From contig NC_058368.1 of the NCBI RefSeq assembly GCF_018350175.1, forward strand, positions 112,532,001 to 112,596,000: a stretch of DNA of 64,000 nt. The letters are read 5' to 3'. Positions 40,881 to 54,918 of the stretch are shown here, piece after piece. The notes under the pieces are model-generated. The model saw only the letters and a program-made list of their open reading frames with translations, ran no database searches and was not told the DNA's origin. Each line of letters starts with the position of its first letter. Positions within the stretch are counted from its first letter, which is position 1. A program made the translations under genes and the position numbers. Source of the stretch: Felis catus (Eukaryota).

Positions 40881-41629
40881 TAAATATCAGATCTCTTATT
40901 TGCAGGCCTCATTGGAGACTCAGAAATTTTAAGACCAATATCTCTTCTTTCTCCTTGAACTTTGAGATCTTTGCCCCAAAGTTATCAGGTTCCCGGAATC
41001 GTTGGTTAGAGAAACTACAAAACTAACGCTGTTATTGGAGCTTTACCCTGTTGGCACTTAGTATTTCCCACAGAAAGTCGAAGGGCACAGTTTACTTGAT
41101 GTGTTTGACCAGAGAAATAACCAAGAAGTGCTTTTATGTTTCGTGGCTTGTGAGGGTGGCAGTGTTACGAACCCTGTAGCTTGATTTTAGCACCCTCGTT
41201 TAGATCTCATAATAGCACCCCCAGTTGTTGTGCATGAGGGACAGGCCTTTAACTGCATTTGGGTCGGGTACCACAAGTAACACCTTTGAGAGACAGCGCA
41301 TAGTGACCATATTTGTACTTCCGAATACAAGATTAATTTTGCTGAAGGGTATATGTGGGATTGTAGGCAGTAAAAAAGCACAGAGGAGTTCAAAGGGCTG
41401 TCCCAGCATCTGTTAGTAAGATTAATGATAAACACTCCCCAAATGCATTTTCTTCACATGAAATTCTTTAAATTTTACAGAGTTGGCTTCAGCCAAAGTA
41501 GAGCAGTGAGGGGGAAGATGGTGAATACAAACCAGCTAGTTACGTATAAATGGTATACGTAAAGATCTGCAGACTGCAGAGATCTTCATACGAAAACAAA
41601 GGTATTTTCCTTTTATTGTCTGTTTAATA

Positions 41630-41960
41630 AACTGCCGGAAGTTAACCAGTACCCATCCTCCCCCTCCTCAATTACGGAGCACTGTGTCCAACTGCAAACC
41701 ACACTTCCCAGCCTCCCTTTCAGCTAGCTGATGGTCACGTGACTAAGGATAGGTGCAGAAATAGGTGCCATTCAGTGCCGTGCTCCCAAGGGGAATGTTC
41801 TCCTTGGCCCTTTCCCGTTCCCAATGGCTAGGATGCAGATATGGTGGCAGGAGCTAGAGAAGCCACCTTGAGATGGACACTGAAGCCAAGGGGTGAGGAT
41901 GACACAATTGTTCTCCTGGAAAGTTACATGAAAAACTTAAGGGTGGGGATTGTCCTTTGT
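41630..41960 (+). mobile_element. LTR16-like ERVL LTR remnant
   Basis: cacttcccagcctccctttcagctag...gtcacgtgactaag; gatatggtggcaggagct. Confidence 0.55.
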
Positions 41961-44838
41961 TATGACAGTTCAGACGGTACATACTGCTTGCTCATTCACT
42001 TACTCTCACCAGATCCTCCCCGAGTGCTTACTACAAGTCGAGCTTTACGCCAGGCAGTGCGGTAGAGCTGTGGCAAGAGAGTCCGCTGTCGCATGGGAGG
42101 CAAAGCTATAACATAGTTGAGTGTTTTTGACCCCTATCTGGTTAGGGTTATCGGATCAGTTTGGAAGGTGGAGAAGAAGCAGCAATGAAGAATGAAGGAG
42201 ACTTTACAAAAAAGACTGCGCCTATTTTTTTTTTTTTTAATGTCTCTATTTTTGTTCTGGCTTTGAGCATTTCACCAGGTGGTTTGCTTATTCATTTGAG
42301 TAACATTAGATGTCAGGTGTAGGGTAAACTGAATAAAACCAGAGTTCTTTCCTTCAAGGATCTTCATTCTGGTCGATGGAGACATAAAACAAGAACAATG
42401 AAATATATAGAGCAGTGGGAAGTTCTAAGGAGAAAATGGAGGAAAAGGAGCTTTGAAACATCTAGGGTTGGGCAAGGTAGCTCAGGTTTCAGATCAAGGA
42501 TCCGGGGACGGTCTCATTGAGAAGGAAATCTTTGATAAAGTTCACGAAGAGGTGAGGAACTCAATGTGTGAAGCAGCGATTTAATTGATTCTTAGTCAAG
42601 ACAATCCAGAAAGCATGAATGATCCTACAAAGTAGCTCTCCACTTCCCTGCAGGCAAAGGAGTGATTCAAGTAGAAATAGCTAAGGGTACAAACTTAAAT
42701 TGCATGTTCTTTAGTCTCTGCGGGAGACCCAGTAATAACTGTGGTGTTACATAGATGGAGACAGGAGATGTCAGTTGCTCACAATTTTGTGGATTACCAC
42801 CTCCAGGAAACTGGCCACTTGAAGGGCCAATCAATAAGGAGAGTTTCAACTCAATATTTTATCTGGTACAAGTTTAGTTTAAGGCTGAAAATGAAAGGCA
42901 AAGGGTTCAGGTGAAGAGCCCACAGGCAAATTTACCTGCTAGCTCTGTCTTTCCACTGTAATTCATTCAACAAAGACTCATCGTCCATTTTGTGTTTAAC
43001 ACTATGCTAGGCATTGGGAAGGCAGCAGTGAATACGGTGGATGTTGTCTCTGACCTCATACAACTTACTTGGTAGCAGGGAGAGAGGCATTAGGCTCCAA
43101 ATTACACAGTTATTTAATAGCTATGATAAGGGAGCTGATTGATAAGGGAGCTGACTGGGGCCTATGAATGAAGGGAACTGATCTTCTCTGAGAACTCAGG
43201 CAAGTCCTTTTGAAGGAGAGATGTTTAAGTTACTCCTGGAGGATAAGAAGGCATTCGCCAGATGAGGGAGGGGAGACAAATAGCTCAGGCAGGGAGACCC
43301 TAGGGGTTAAAAGTACAAAAGAGTATGAAGAAATGAGGCTGCAGTGGTTGGGCAGGGGGGGTGGGGGGAAGGGCAGATGGTGCTGGGTCTTGTAGGCCAA
43401 GATTAGGGCTTTGTGGCAAATCCTGAGGGCAAAGAGAAGCCACTGGAGTGTAAGCTGGGGCCTGAGGCAGACATTGGGCTCAGATGTTGCTCTGATCGGA
43501 GAGGGGAAAAAAATGAATGTTGGGCTTCAAATTTGGGTGGCGATGGTGGAGATGGAGGGGATAGATGGAGTGGGCTGGTTTGTGGAAGGTGGTAGACTGC
43601 ATGTGGGAAGATGAAGAGTTTGGGGTCAAGAAGGACCACTGTGGCTTTCACTTCGGGCAGCCAGGTGCTGGTGCAATTTACTGAGATGGAGAAGACTGAA
43701 GGAAGATCTAATGTTTATAGAAAGATGACGAGTTTCAGAGCTTGAGGTTCCCTGTGAGCTGTCCAAATGAAGATAATCGAATGGGCTCAGGGACAGGTCT
43801 GGAGCGAGTCATTTGAAAAGCACCTGAAGCCATCAGAGTGGAGGAGCTAGTTTAGTGAGAATGTGCAGAGAGAGAAAAGACCAGGGACAGCTGCCTTCCT
43901 GCTCTGGGCACACCTGCCAGAAAGGGGCAGGCTCCTTTACCAGTTGGCAATAGCATGTCCCATTTGAAGAACTTCAAGTCACCGAGGAAGAGCAGTTGCT
44001 GTTAGTGCTGCTGCGAACACTTCTGAAATGGTCATCCTGGTTAATGATCAGAACAGCTCGCCTTCAGAGCACTTCCTGCATGTCAAACATGACCTCGGGA
44101 TGTCTCATGCGATGTTGAAAATCCTCTGCGGCAGGTCCTGTTATTATCTCCATCTTACAGGTGAGGAAAGCGAGGCTCCCGGAAATCCAGAAACACGATC
44201 CAGGCGTAGCATGGATGGCCACGGTCAGGTTACCTAGTGCCAGGGCTAAAGCTCTTAGTCACTGCCCTATGCTGCTTCTCCCTGGTCCCTGGCATCTGCA
44301 GGCACCTTCCCTAATTTCCAACCTACCTCCCCCTAAGCCCCCATCTGAAACCTGTGCTCAGCCCTCTTGTCTGCTCCCAGTGGCTGGTTATGGGCAGAGC
44401 GGCCCAAATGCCTATGCCATGGGTCCCGTTCATATTTCTAGCCTGCCAGGTCCAGCTCTCCAGAGGTGGCTCCAAGACTTCACGGGACTGATGGAAGAGC
44501 AAAGGGCAGAAGGATGTGTGCATACAGACTTACCGCCCTGCTATCTATCCATCTAAATGTCCAATTGCCGCATTGTAGTGCACTTACCCTGCGTATCAAT
44601 AGAGGGCAGACATGAACTCAGCCACATCCCTGCTTTCCAGGGGAGAATGTGGGGCTAGGCCCATTACTGCTCAACCAGTCTATCTCTAGCCTAGAGAAGC
44701 GAATGAAATTATTCAGGGTCACAGTGCTGGCAAAAGCAGAGCCCCAGTCCAGTCCCTCTCACCAACCCTGCCTGGTTTCTAGATTCGATCTCTACATAGG
44801 CCCAGTTACCTAAGAGTTTATTTCAAAAGTATCTGTGT

Positions 44839-45060
44839 AGGGGCGCCTGGGTGGCTCAGTCCATCAAGTGCCTGACTTTGACTCAGGTCGTGAACTCTGT
44901 GGGGCTCAATCTGTGGGTTTGAGCCCCGCGTGGGCCTCTGCTGACAGCTCAGAGCCTGGAGCCTGTCTCAGGTTCTGAGTCTCCCTGTCTCTCTGCCCCT
45001 CCCCTAATTGTGCTCGCTGTCTCTCTCTCTCTCTCAAAAATAAATAAACATTAAAAAAAA
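44839..45060 (+). mobile_element. CAN-SINE
   Basis: Head, CT tract, A tail; imperfect TSD AAAAGT..CTGTGTA. Confidence 0.9.
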
Positions 45061-46747
45061 AGTGCCTGTGTAGTTGAAGTGGCCAGGCCATTGATTTAGG
45101 TGGCAAAACCAGTGCAAGGCAGCAGACAGAGATACTTTGCCAGCTGTCTCCGTCTTCGTTAGCACTTCTCAGCTTTAACCTCTGGAGGCCTTGGGCCTGT
45201 ATTGTATCAAGGGATCCCAAGCGCCTCGTGGGATCTCTCTGGCTGTAGCCGTTGCTGGCCCGGGAAGCTTAGGCAGCCTCTAAGCCAGTCATCCACTCCT
45301 ATTTTCCCTTGCAGGGACCAGCCTTTGCACTGGTGTGGTCACAGTAGACAGTGAGCCCTAGTGAGAGCACATCCTGTTTTGGGTTCAGCTTCACCTTTCG
45401 GCACTGCCACCTCGAGCCTGAGGCTCAGAGGACGAGCTAACGTCTGGATGCTAGCTGGCGTGTTCACGTTTGTTAGCACATTTCATTTTCAACCCTGCAG
45501 AGCTAGGTGAAAGAGCACCCATTTCACACATGAGGAAACAGGCCGAAATAGATTAAATGATGTGCGTGGAGTCCCACGGCCAGCGAACAGAGGAGCTGGG
45601 ATTTCAAGACGCTCAGACTCCAGAGCTTGTGCTCTGACTACTTTGCATACTGCCTTTAGATGTATCCATTGGGAGATGTGGAGAAGGAGTACTCTGTCTC
45701 TTTACAGTCTCCTCCCCCTCCCAGTCCCCCACATCACAGCTAAAAAAGGGGTTCCTCTTATCAGCTGGGCTCCACTTCAGGATGCCAGTCAGGGGCCCTC
45801 ATATTTCCTTACATTTATTCCATTTAATCTTCTCTGCAACCAAGGGTCATGCAGATTAGCCGGGTTACCATTACTGTAGGCTGGAGAGGTTTGGCTACAT
45901 TTCCAAAGACCTCACTAAAATGTTCTGTGAGGTTTTCACAGAATTAGCACCATCAGGGGGTGGTTGGGTTAGCATTCCAAGACGTGGTTAATCCAGGTGA
46001 GACCCTGTCTACAGCTCGTGTGTCCTGCTTCCTGGATAGGGGCCAGGAGGGAATCTTGGGCGCTCACTGGCCTAGGACTGTGGCCCTCGCAAATCTCCCC
46101 TACCCCCTCATCCCCCCCAGCTTGGGTCCTTAGACATCAGTCACAAACGGTGTGCGGAATTGTGTGCCTGTCTGCATTTTGCCTGATGCAACATCCTAGC
46201 GTTCTTCAGGTTCTCAAAACCCGAGTGACCCCCCCCCCCCCACAATGGTTTAGCTCTACTGAATCAGATAACCTACCAAATCTATTTTTAGTGAAACATT
46301 CTCTAAGCTCTAGTGCCCCTACTGAGCCAGGTACCTCCTGAAACTATTTTAAACCCCCATAAAGTAGACTCCCTAGAATTAGGTTAACTTTGAAAATGGC
46401 CAAGGTTATCACAAATCTTTCTGTTCCCTCTCAGGGTCTTTCTAATCACCTCCTCACAGCTGGCTCTTTTCATCCATTGCTCCCCGCACCCGCCCTCCCC
46501 CCAACCCCGTGTTCTCCAGCGCTGGCCCCGCCTACTGTGGGAAGAAGCCGTGAGCAGCTGATCCCATTGCTGGACCCTCAGGCCCTTCCATCACCACATG
46601 GTGCTGGTCTACAACTGGCTCTTAGAAGGGTTCAGGTCCAAAAGGCTCTGAGAGCAAAAGAGAGGGCCAGGTGGAAGCAACTGCCCTGTAGAGAAGGTCT
46701 CCATGGAGCCTTTACAGGGAATTTTTTCTGCAGATAAGGCAGCAATT

Positions 46748-46778
<31 letters not shown>

Positions 46779-46998
46779 GAGAGGGGCTCTGAGAAAACAC
46801 TTCGCAGAACAACTACCTGATTGACGCTGAGTAAAAGCTAGAGAGGAGAAAGTATCATTAAAACTGATCTGGCTCACTGCGAAGTAGGAGGCAGATTGAG
46901 CTTGAGTGTTGCCCGCTAGCTCTGCCCTTAACCCCCTTTCCAAAGTGGCGCGACCAATGACCAGAGCGTACTCAGCACTGGGTCCAATTCGGTGAGGT

Positions 46999-47004
46999 TT
47001 TATT
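46999..47004 (-). terminator. SMIM32: SMIM32 polyadenylation signal AATAAA
   Basis: tttatt on + strand, immediately preceded on the - strand by TGTA (CFIm element), ~730 nt after the stop. Confidence 0.7.
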
Positions 47005-47249
47005 GTACAAATGTGGTCCCTAGAGAGGCGGGACGCGGATCTCCGACCACAGGGTGCTGCAGGTGCGACCCTGTGCCTCTAGACTAGCTTCCCCTCCCGT
47101 GCCCACAAAGAAAACTGAACCCTTGGACCTGAGCGAGACCTACTTAAAGTCAGCATCCCCTCACTTCCCCGAGGGGACGCAGCCCCCAAAGGCCATTATT
47201 TGCAAGTCCGGCTGGGTTCACTCTCGGATTCCCGGGGGACTGGGGTCCT

Positions 47250-49080
<1,831 letters not shown>

Positions 49081-51211
49081 GTTGGGACTGGTTGCATGGG
49101 CCCAGGCGCCTCTCTAGCTGTGCCCTGGGGGCACATGTGCCCCCCCCTCCCGAACTGTGAGCCAGCTCTGCTCTGGCACAGGGGGGCAGAGGAGGCTGTG
49201 ATAGTGGAGATGGCCCACCTGCCCTTGCCATTCCAGGCAAAGGCTTGGTGGCCAGAACAGAAGTGAGCAGTCAGGGGGACTGAGGGGTTCTCCTGGTCCA
49301 AATTCCTCTCTTCCTTTGAGAAACTGTTCAAGCCCCCGCCCCCCCAGACTAGAATGGGAGGTGTTGCCCTGGCTACGGTAGCCCCTGCACTTCTCTAGAA
49401 GCACTGGTCAGCCTGGACTGTCATCGTCCGACAGGACCAGAATTACCGGGAGGCGGGTGAGAGGCCTGGGGCATGAAGCTGTGAAGTTCTGCACCCTAGA
49501 GACCTCACCCCTCGCCGTAGTCTCAGCTCTGTTGCCTGGTCACTCCCCCGAGGTTCCCACAGGCTCAGCTAAGTTCATAGCTATGTCTCTCATCCCATCA
49601 AGGGGTGCGGTGCATGGGGGAGTTTGGTGAGCACTGGCTGAGTGAACAGGGGGAAAGATGAGTGAGTTAGTCCCCCTCGCCCTCACCGCCCCTCACACCT
49701 GGCCGCAGCCACAATACGAGAAACCAGGGTGTGCGAGGCCAATCTTGGCCAGAGCTCATTCCCATAAATCCCATCTCAGCCCGGGAGAAACACCTCCGCA
49801 ACCTCTTTGTCTGACATCGAAACTGTGGCCCCAAGTCCCGACTCTACACGGTATTTAACTGCTTGCTGAGCGAGGCCTCCGGCTCGGAGTGCTTCCCTCT
49901 TAGTCGCCTGCCTCCCCCCCCCCCCCCCCCCCCGGGGCCAGGAGGTGGATGTGTGTGGGATGGAGGGGACAGCAGGACCTGGCAGGATGCAGCACCGCCT
50001 CTTCTGCCCAGGGTTCTGAGGAGCTGCCCAGTGTCCTCCTAGGGTGTAGACGCTGAGCCCTGATGCCCGACTGATGCTTCTTGGGTCAACCCCTCATTCT
50101 CCAGATGGGAAAGCTGGCTCTGAGGGGAGCGGGGTTTACCCACGTCAGCACAGGACGGCCACCACAAGAAAGTGAGGCAGTAGCTGTGCAAGTGGGCGAC
50201 TCCGGTGAGGGGAGGTTTCCCCTCTCTTGGAAGGCCTGACCTATTTTGGACAGCATTTTTCTCAGGCAGCAGGGTCCCAGGGGACATTATGTGAACTCAG
50301 AACAGGCTTCCTCACTGACGCTGTCAGCCAGGGGGAGGGAGAGCGTGTGGGTTGAATGGAAGAGATTTTATCCAGGTGAAGCCACTGCTGTCTTATTTCC
50401 CTGGGTCTCGGTGAGGCTTGAATTGCAGGGCTGGAGTAGTTGGGTTTGGGATTTTGCCCGGAATTTCGTCTTTGCCTCTGTTCGGGGGGGGGGGGGGGGT
50501 AGCAAGGCCCTGCTGTCTCTACTTCCTCTCTGCCCCACGCGTGAGATCAGGTCAGACACGAGGCGAGGGCAGGAAGTCTGGGCGGCTCAGTGGAGAGGTC
50601 CTAAGTAGAGTCTAGGGCAGGCTCCAGCCCTTTGGGCTGTAAGATGAGGGTTTATGGTAGGTGATTTCTGGTCCTGCTCTGGCAACACGCTGTGAGCATC
50701 CAGGAAGCCAGCATGGAGCAGGGGAGTCCGCCAAGGGTTTGGTGTGGATGGAGCCTCTCTGCGGTACCGCTGCTCTCGATGGGGGGAGGGGAAATCCCTG
50801 AACCTGGGGTCCCCGACACGCTCATTCCTTCCCCACAGCTGCTGCTTTTCAGCATCATATTGCATTTTGCAAGGGCTTGCAGGCTGTGGGTGGTGGGGCT
50901 GAGGCTTGAACCTGGGCAGCCAGACTTCACTTCACCACGCACTTCGCCCCTACCGTGACCGCCTCCGAGGGCAGAGCGGTGCCGGTAGCTGCCGTTCACG
51001 GACGTCTCCCCACAGGCCGAGCTCCGGCTTGGGCTTCAGTGTGATCTTTCTCCTCACAGGGACCTGGAAGACAGGTACTGTTGCATCCCACTGTTTCCCT
51101 AAGGAGGAAGCTGCCACTTCTAGAAGTGACACCATGTGCCAAGGCCATACAGCTGGGTCAGGATGCAAGGGAGCCGACATTCTGTAGCCTGTACTTGTCC
51201 CCTCTTTAAAA

Positions 51212-51430
51212 AAATTTTTTTAAACACTTATTTATTTTTGAGGGAGACAGAGACAGAGACAGAGTGTGAGCAGGGGGAGGGCAGAGAGAGAGGGAGGCAC
51301 AGAATCCGAAGCAGGCTCCGGACTCTGAGCTGTCAGCACAGAGCCCGATGTGGGGCTCGGATTCACAAACCATGAGATCATGACCTGAGCCGAAGTCAGA
51401 CACCCAAGTGACTAAGCCACCCAGGCGCCC
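51212..51430 (-). mobile_element. CAN-SINE
   Basis: tttatttttgag...gccacccaggcgcccc. Confidence 0.9.
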
Positions 51431-53692
51431 CGTCTACTCGGTCTTAGGCTACTTCTAATGAGAAACTCAGCAAAAAAGCATGTGGTCAAACTGCCTTGCC
51501 TTTTGGTAAAGTTGGAGAAGGCATCTTGCCCTTTTTTGGGGGTCTTTTGGTCTCGAAGTGGGGAGGGCACTGTTTCTTTTCCAAAAGATGTTCAGAGCCC
51601 TGGGAGGGCAGTCACGTTCCCCGAACGTCCCCGGACAGGAAATTAAACAAGGCTGATGCTGAGTAAATGCAGAGATGAAGTTTACACAGCTTGTTACACA
51701 AGCCAGAGCGACCTTCCATTAAGGGAGCTTTGTGTACCCATACATTTAAGTCTCGGAAAAGATCATAAAGGGGATCCGAGTTGGCTTTGACAGGCAGAGG
51801 TGGCAGGGCCGGGACCCCAGAGCGACCTCTTCCCATTACGTGGTCGCTGAGTGACACACGTGTCCGCCCCTCTGGCCTGTCTGGGGAGGGACCAAGGCAG
51901 GCGAGGCAAGGGTGCCTTTCCGGCCACGATAGAGCCATTTGGCAGCTGCTTAATGGAAACTTGGGAGCCTGGGAGCATTAGAGCCCCAGGATTTCATCAA
52001 CTGTGCTGAGCGGCCTGTGGCGCTTGGGGAAGCTATTTCTGTTTCTTCTGCATGTGAAGGGAATTATTATTAAACCACTCAGCGGCACCGAGAGGCGGGG
52101 GTGAAGGTCAGGGGTGAAATGTTGCTGTCTGGGGTTTGTTGCTGCTGGGATGGTTTTTGGTGTGTGTTGTGTGCTGTGATGGCTGTGGAGTGTTCCTCCG
52201 CGAATGCTGATGATACCCTTGCTTGCAGACCTTTTCATTTGAACCATCGCCCCCTGGGCAGTGCTTTCCATTTGTTTGTCTGTTTGTTTACAGATGGCTT
52301 TGGCAACCACGGTGCCTAGCGGATTAAGGTTGCATTTTAGAAGGACCGTTTTTTGAGAACTAAATAGCAAGTAGGCTAAGCGCAGCTCTTGAAAGGAAGC
52401 ACTTTTCCAAGTGGAAAGTGGCTTGGGGCACGGTCAGGCCTGGCCCCGCATGGGGTTGCCGTCTGGTCTGTGGGGAGGAATACTTGGGGGAAAGGACCGG
52501 GTGTGCGTGCGCGTGAGGCCGGCTGCAAAGAGAACGCTCCCAGACGCCCTTCTCCCAGAAAGGGGGTCTCAACCGCTGTCCTCTGATGCCGGGGGCCTGC
52601 GGGTTCTTTTGTGGGATGACGGGATGGAGAGAGTCAGTGACAAAGATCCATAGGGCTGGCTGGGGTTGTGGCCAGGGACACCCAGAAGACGGTGCCAGTC
52701 TGGATCTGCAGGTGGTGGGTGCCTCTGACTCTTGGTGGACCACATGTTGGACAAAGTCTCACTGGTTCATGCCTTGATATCCAATAACCTGTGACCTCAT
52801 CTGCTCATCTGGGTCCCTTTAGCTGAGCAGACCCCAGGGACACTAAGCTTCCAGGGCTGCTGAGACTGACGGTGACCGGTTGCCGCCCCCTCGGCTGGAT
52901 CACCTAGGCTTTTCTGGGAAGGACAGAGGTTTGCATGATGGCGAAGCTGCATTCCTCCTGCTGCCTGGACCCGGCCGGTGCAGGTGGCGTGGAGTCACAG
53001 TGGGGTCGCTGCATGCTGAGGAACAGGCCACCATCGTGGCCAAGAATGGGAAGTAGGCCAAAGCTGTGATAGAGCCAGCATGTACCAAAAGGAGCATCAG
53101 GGCTGGGAACAGGGCTGGTGTTTGGAATCCATAGCCAGGCTCAGGGGCACCTGGGAATCTGGCTGGGTCCTCTGGTCTTGCCCCTGTATTTCCAGGGGGA
53201 GGTAGTGCCCGGTTTGTGAGTTTATGCTGGGGAGAGATTGGGCACCAGAGCGGGTGCCTCAGGCCCAGAAGTAGAGACAGGCAGCAAGGAGACCCCTTCT
53301 CAAAGGAGAAGGTCTGTTCGGTCCATTAAGAGGCCCCCCAACCCACCTCTTCTGTGGCAGTGAGGGAGAACTACTTCATGGAAAGATCTGGAACTCGGTG
53401 GTGAGGCCAGGGCACAAGAATTCATTCGGGAAGAGCTGGTTCTTTTCTAGAATTGTGTTTCCTAAGATTGAGTATGAGTACATCAGATGAGACGCAGTAT
53501 CATTTTGGATAGCACGTTGGAAAAGCGTGAATCACACGATGCAAGAGTTACTGGCTCTTCATCGCCTTTAATTACTCTGATTGTGGCAAGAAGAAAAATC
53601 TACTTGGGCCCTGTGTCAGTTCCGGTTCACCAGGAAGTACCTGGCAGACATTAACTGGTGGAAATGCCAGTGGATTAAAGGTACAGGAGTCA

Positions 53693-53884
53693 GGGGTGCC
53701 TGGTGGCTCAGTCACTTGAGCGTCCAACTCTTCATCTTGCTTTAGGTCATGATCTCGTGGTTTGTGGGTTTGAGCCCCATGTTGGGCTCTGCGCTGACGG
53801 TGTGGAGCATGCCTGGGATTTGCTGTCTCCTTGTCTGCCCCTCCCCTGCTCTTTCTCTCTCTCTGAGAATACATAAAATAAATA
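53693..53884 (+). mobile_element. CAN-SINE
   Basis: ggggtgcctggtggctcag head; TSD AAGGTACAGGAG. Confidence 0.88.
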
Positions 53885-54699
53885 AGGTACAGGAGAACCT
53901 CCTGGGGTCTCTCGGAATGGAGAGGAGGGAGGGACCTGGCAGCCAGAGGCTGAGACTAAAACTGCCTCAGCCAGGCCAGTGGTTGCCTGTCAGGCAAGAT
54001 GTATACAGATTGGGGCAGGGCTGGGGCTCCGTGGGTGGTCAGGAGTAGAGTCATTTTTCCCCTGCCTGGGCTGGGCTGGGCTGCTGGCCCGCTGCAGAGG
54101 GCTGTGGAGGCGTGGAGGCAGAGGCAGGTGCCAGGGGTTGAAGTCCCAGCAAGAGTCACCTCTCCTCAGAAGTCCCCTCTCCTAGCCCTGGCCCTGGCTA
54201 ACCCTTCCCCTCTCCTGGGTGGGTGAGACCCAGGCAGTCTCCGGCCGTTTACAGCCGGTTTAGACTGTGCGCCTCAGACTCAGAGTCTTCCGAGGCTGAG
54301 AGTCACGTCCTTGGGTTTTGGTCCCTGAGTCTGGGCCGAGGTCAGAGTCCAGATACCCTCCCCCCCACAGTCAGTGCCTTGTTTTCGTGGCCAGCAATGT
54401 AAGGTCCATGAGTGCCCCAGGCTGCGTGTCACGGCTGGACCTTCTCTCTCTTCTTGCTTTTGGCATTTCCATAGGGACTGCTTCTGCATGGTGGGTGTAC
54501 AAGCCGCCCCCCCCCACCAGACACTGCCGTCACAGCAGCCTCCTGCCCTTCCCTGTCCTTCTGCAGCCTGTCCTCAGGGGTAGAGCAAGGTTTTGTGGGG
54601 CCCTTGTGCATCTTAGGGGCTGTCTTTGAGAATGACAGCACAAAATGAGGTTTTAAAGTATTTACTTAGAAAGAGAAACAATCAAAATAAATTACAAAT

Positions 54700-54918
54700 T
54701 TTATTTTTTTAAATGTCTATTTTTGAGAGACAGAGAGAGACTGAGCATGAGTGGAGGAGGAGCAGGGAGAGAGAGAGAGGGAGACGCAGAGTCCGAGGCA
54801 GGCTCCAGGCTCTGAGCTGTCAGCACAGAGCCCAATGTGGCCCTCGAACTCACGGACCGCGAGATCATGACCTGAGCTGAATGAAGCTGGACGCTTAACC
54901 AACCACCCAGGTGTCCCT
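54700..54918 (-). mobile_element. CAN-SINE
   Basis: ggctccaggctctgagctgtcagcacagagccc...ccacccaggtgtccc. Confidence 0.88.

Noticed and set aside
45921..46811. Loose inverted similarity between 45921 (tgttctgtgaggttttcacag) and ~46789-46811
   Set aside because: Short with several mismatches and gaps; no TSD or transposon body, so compatible with chance.
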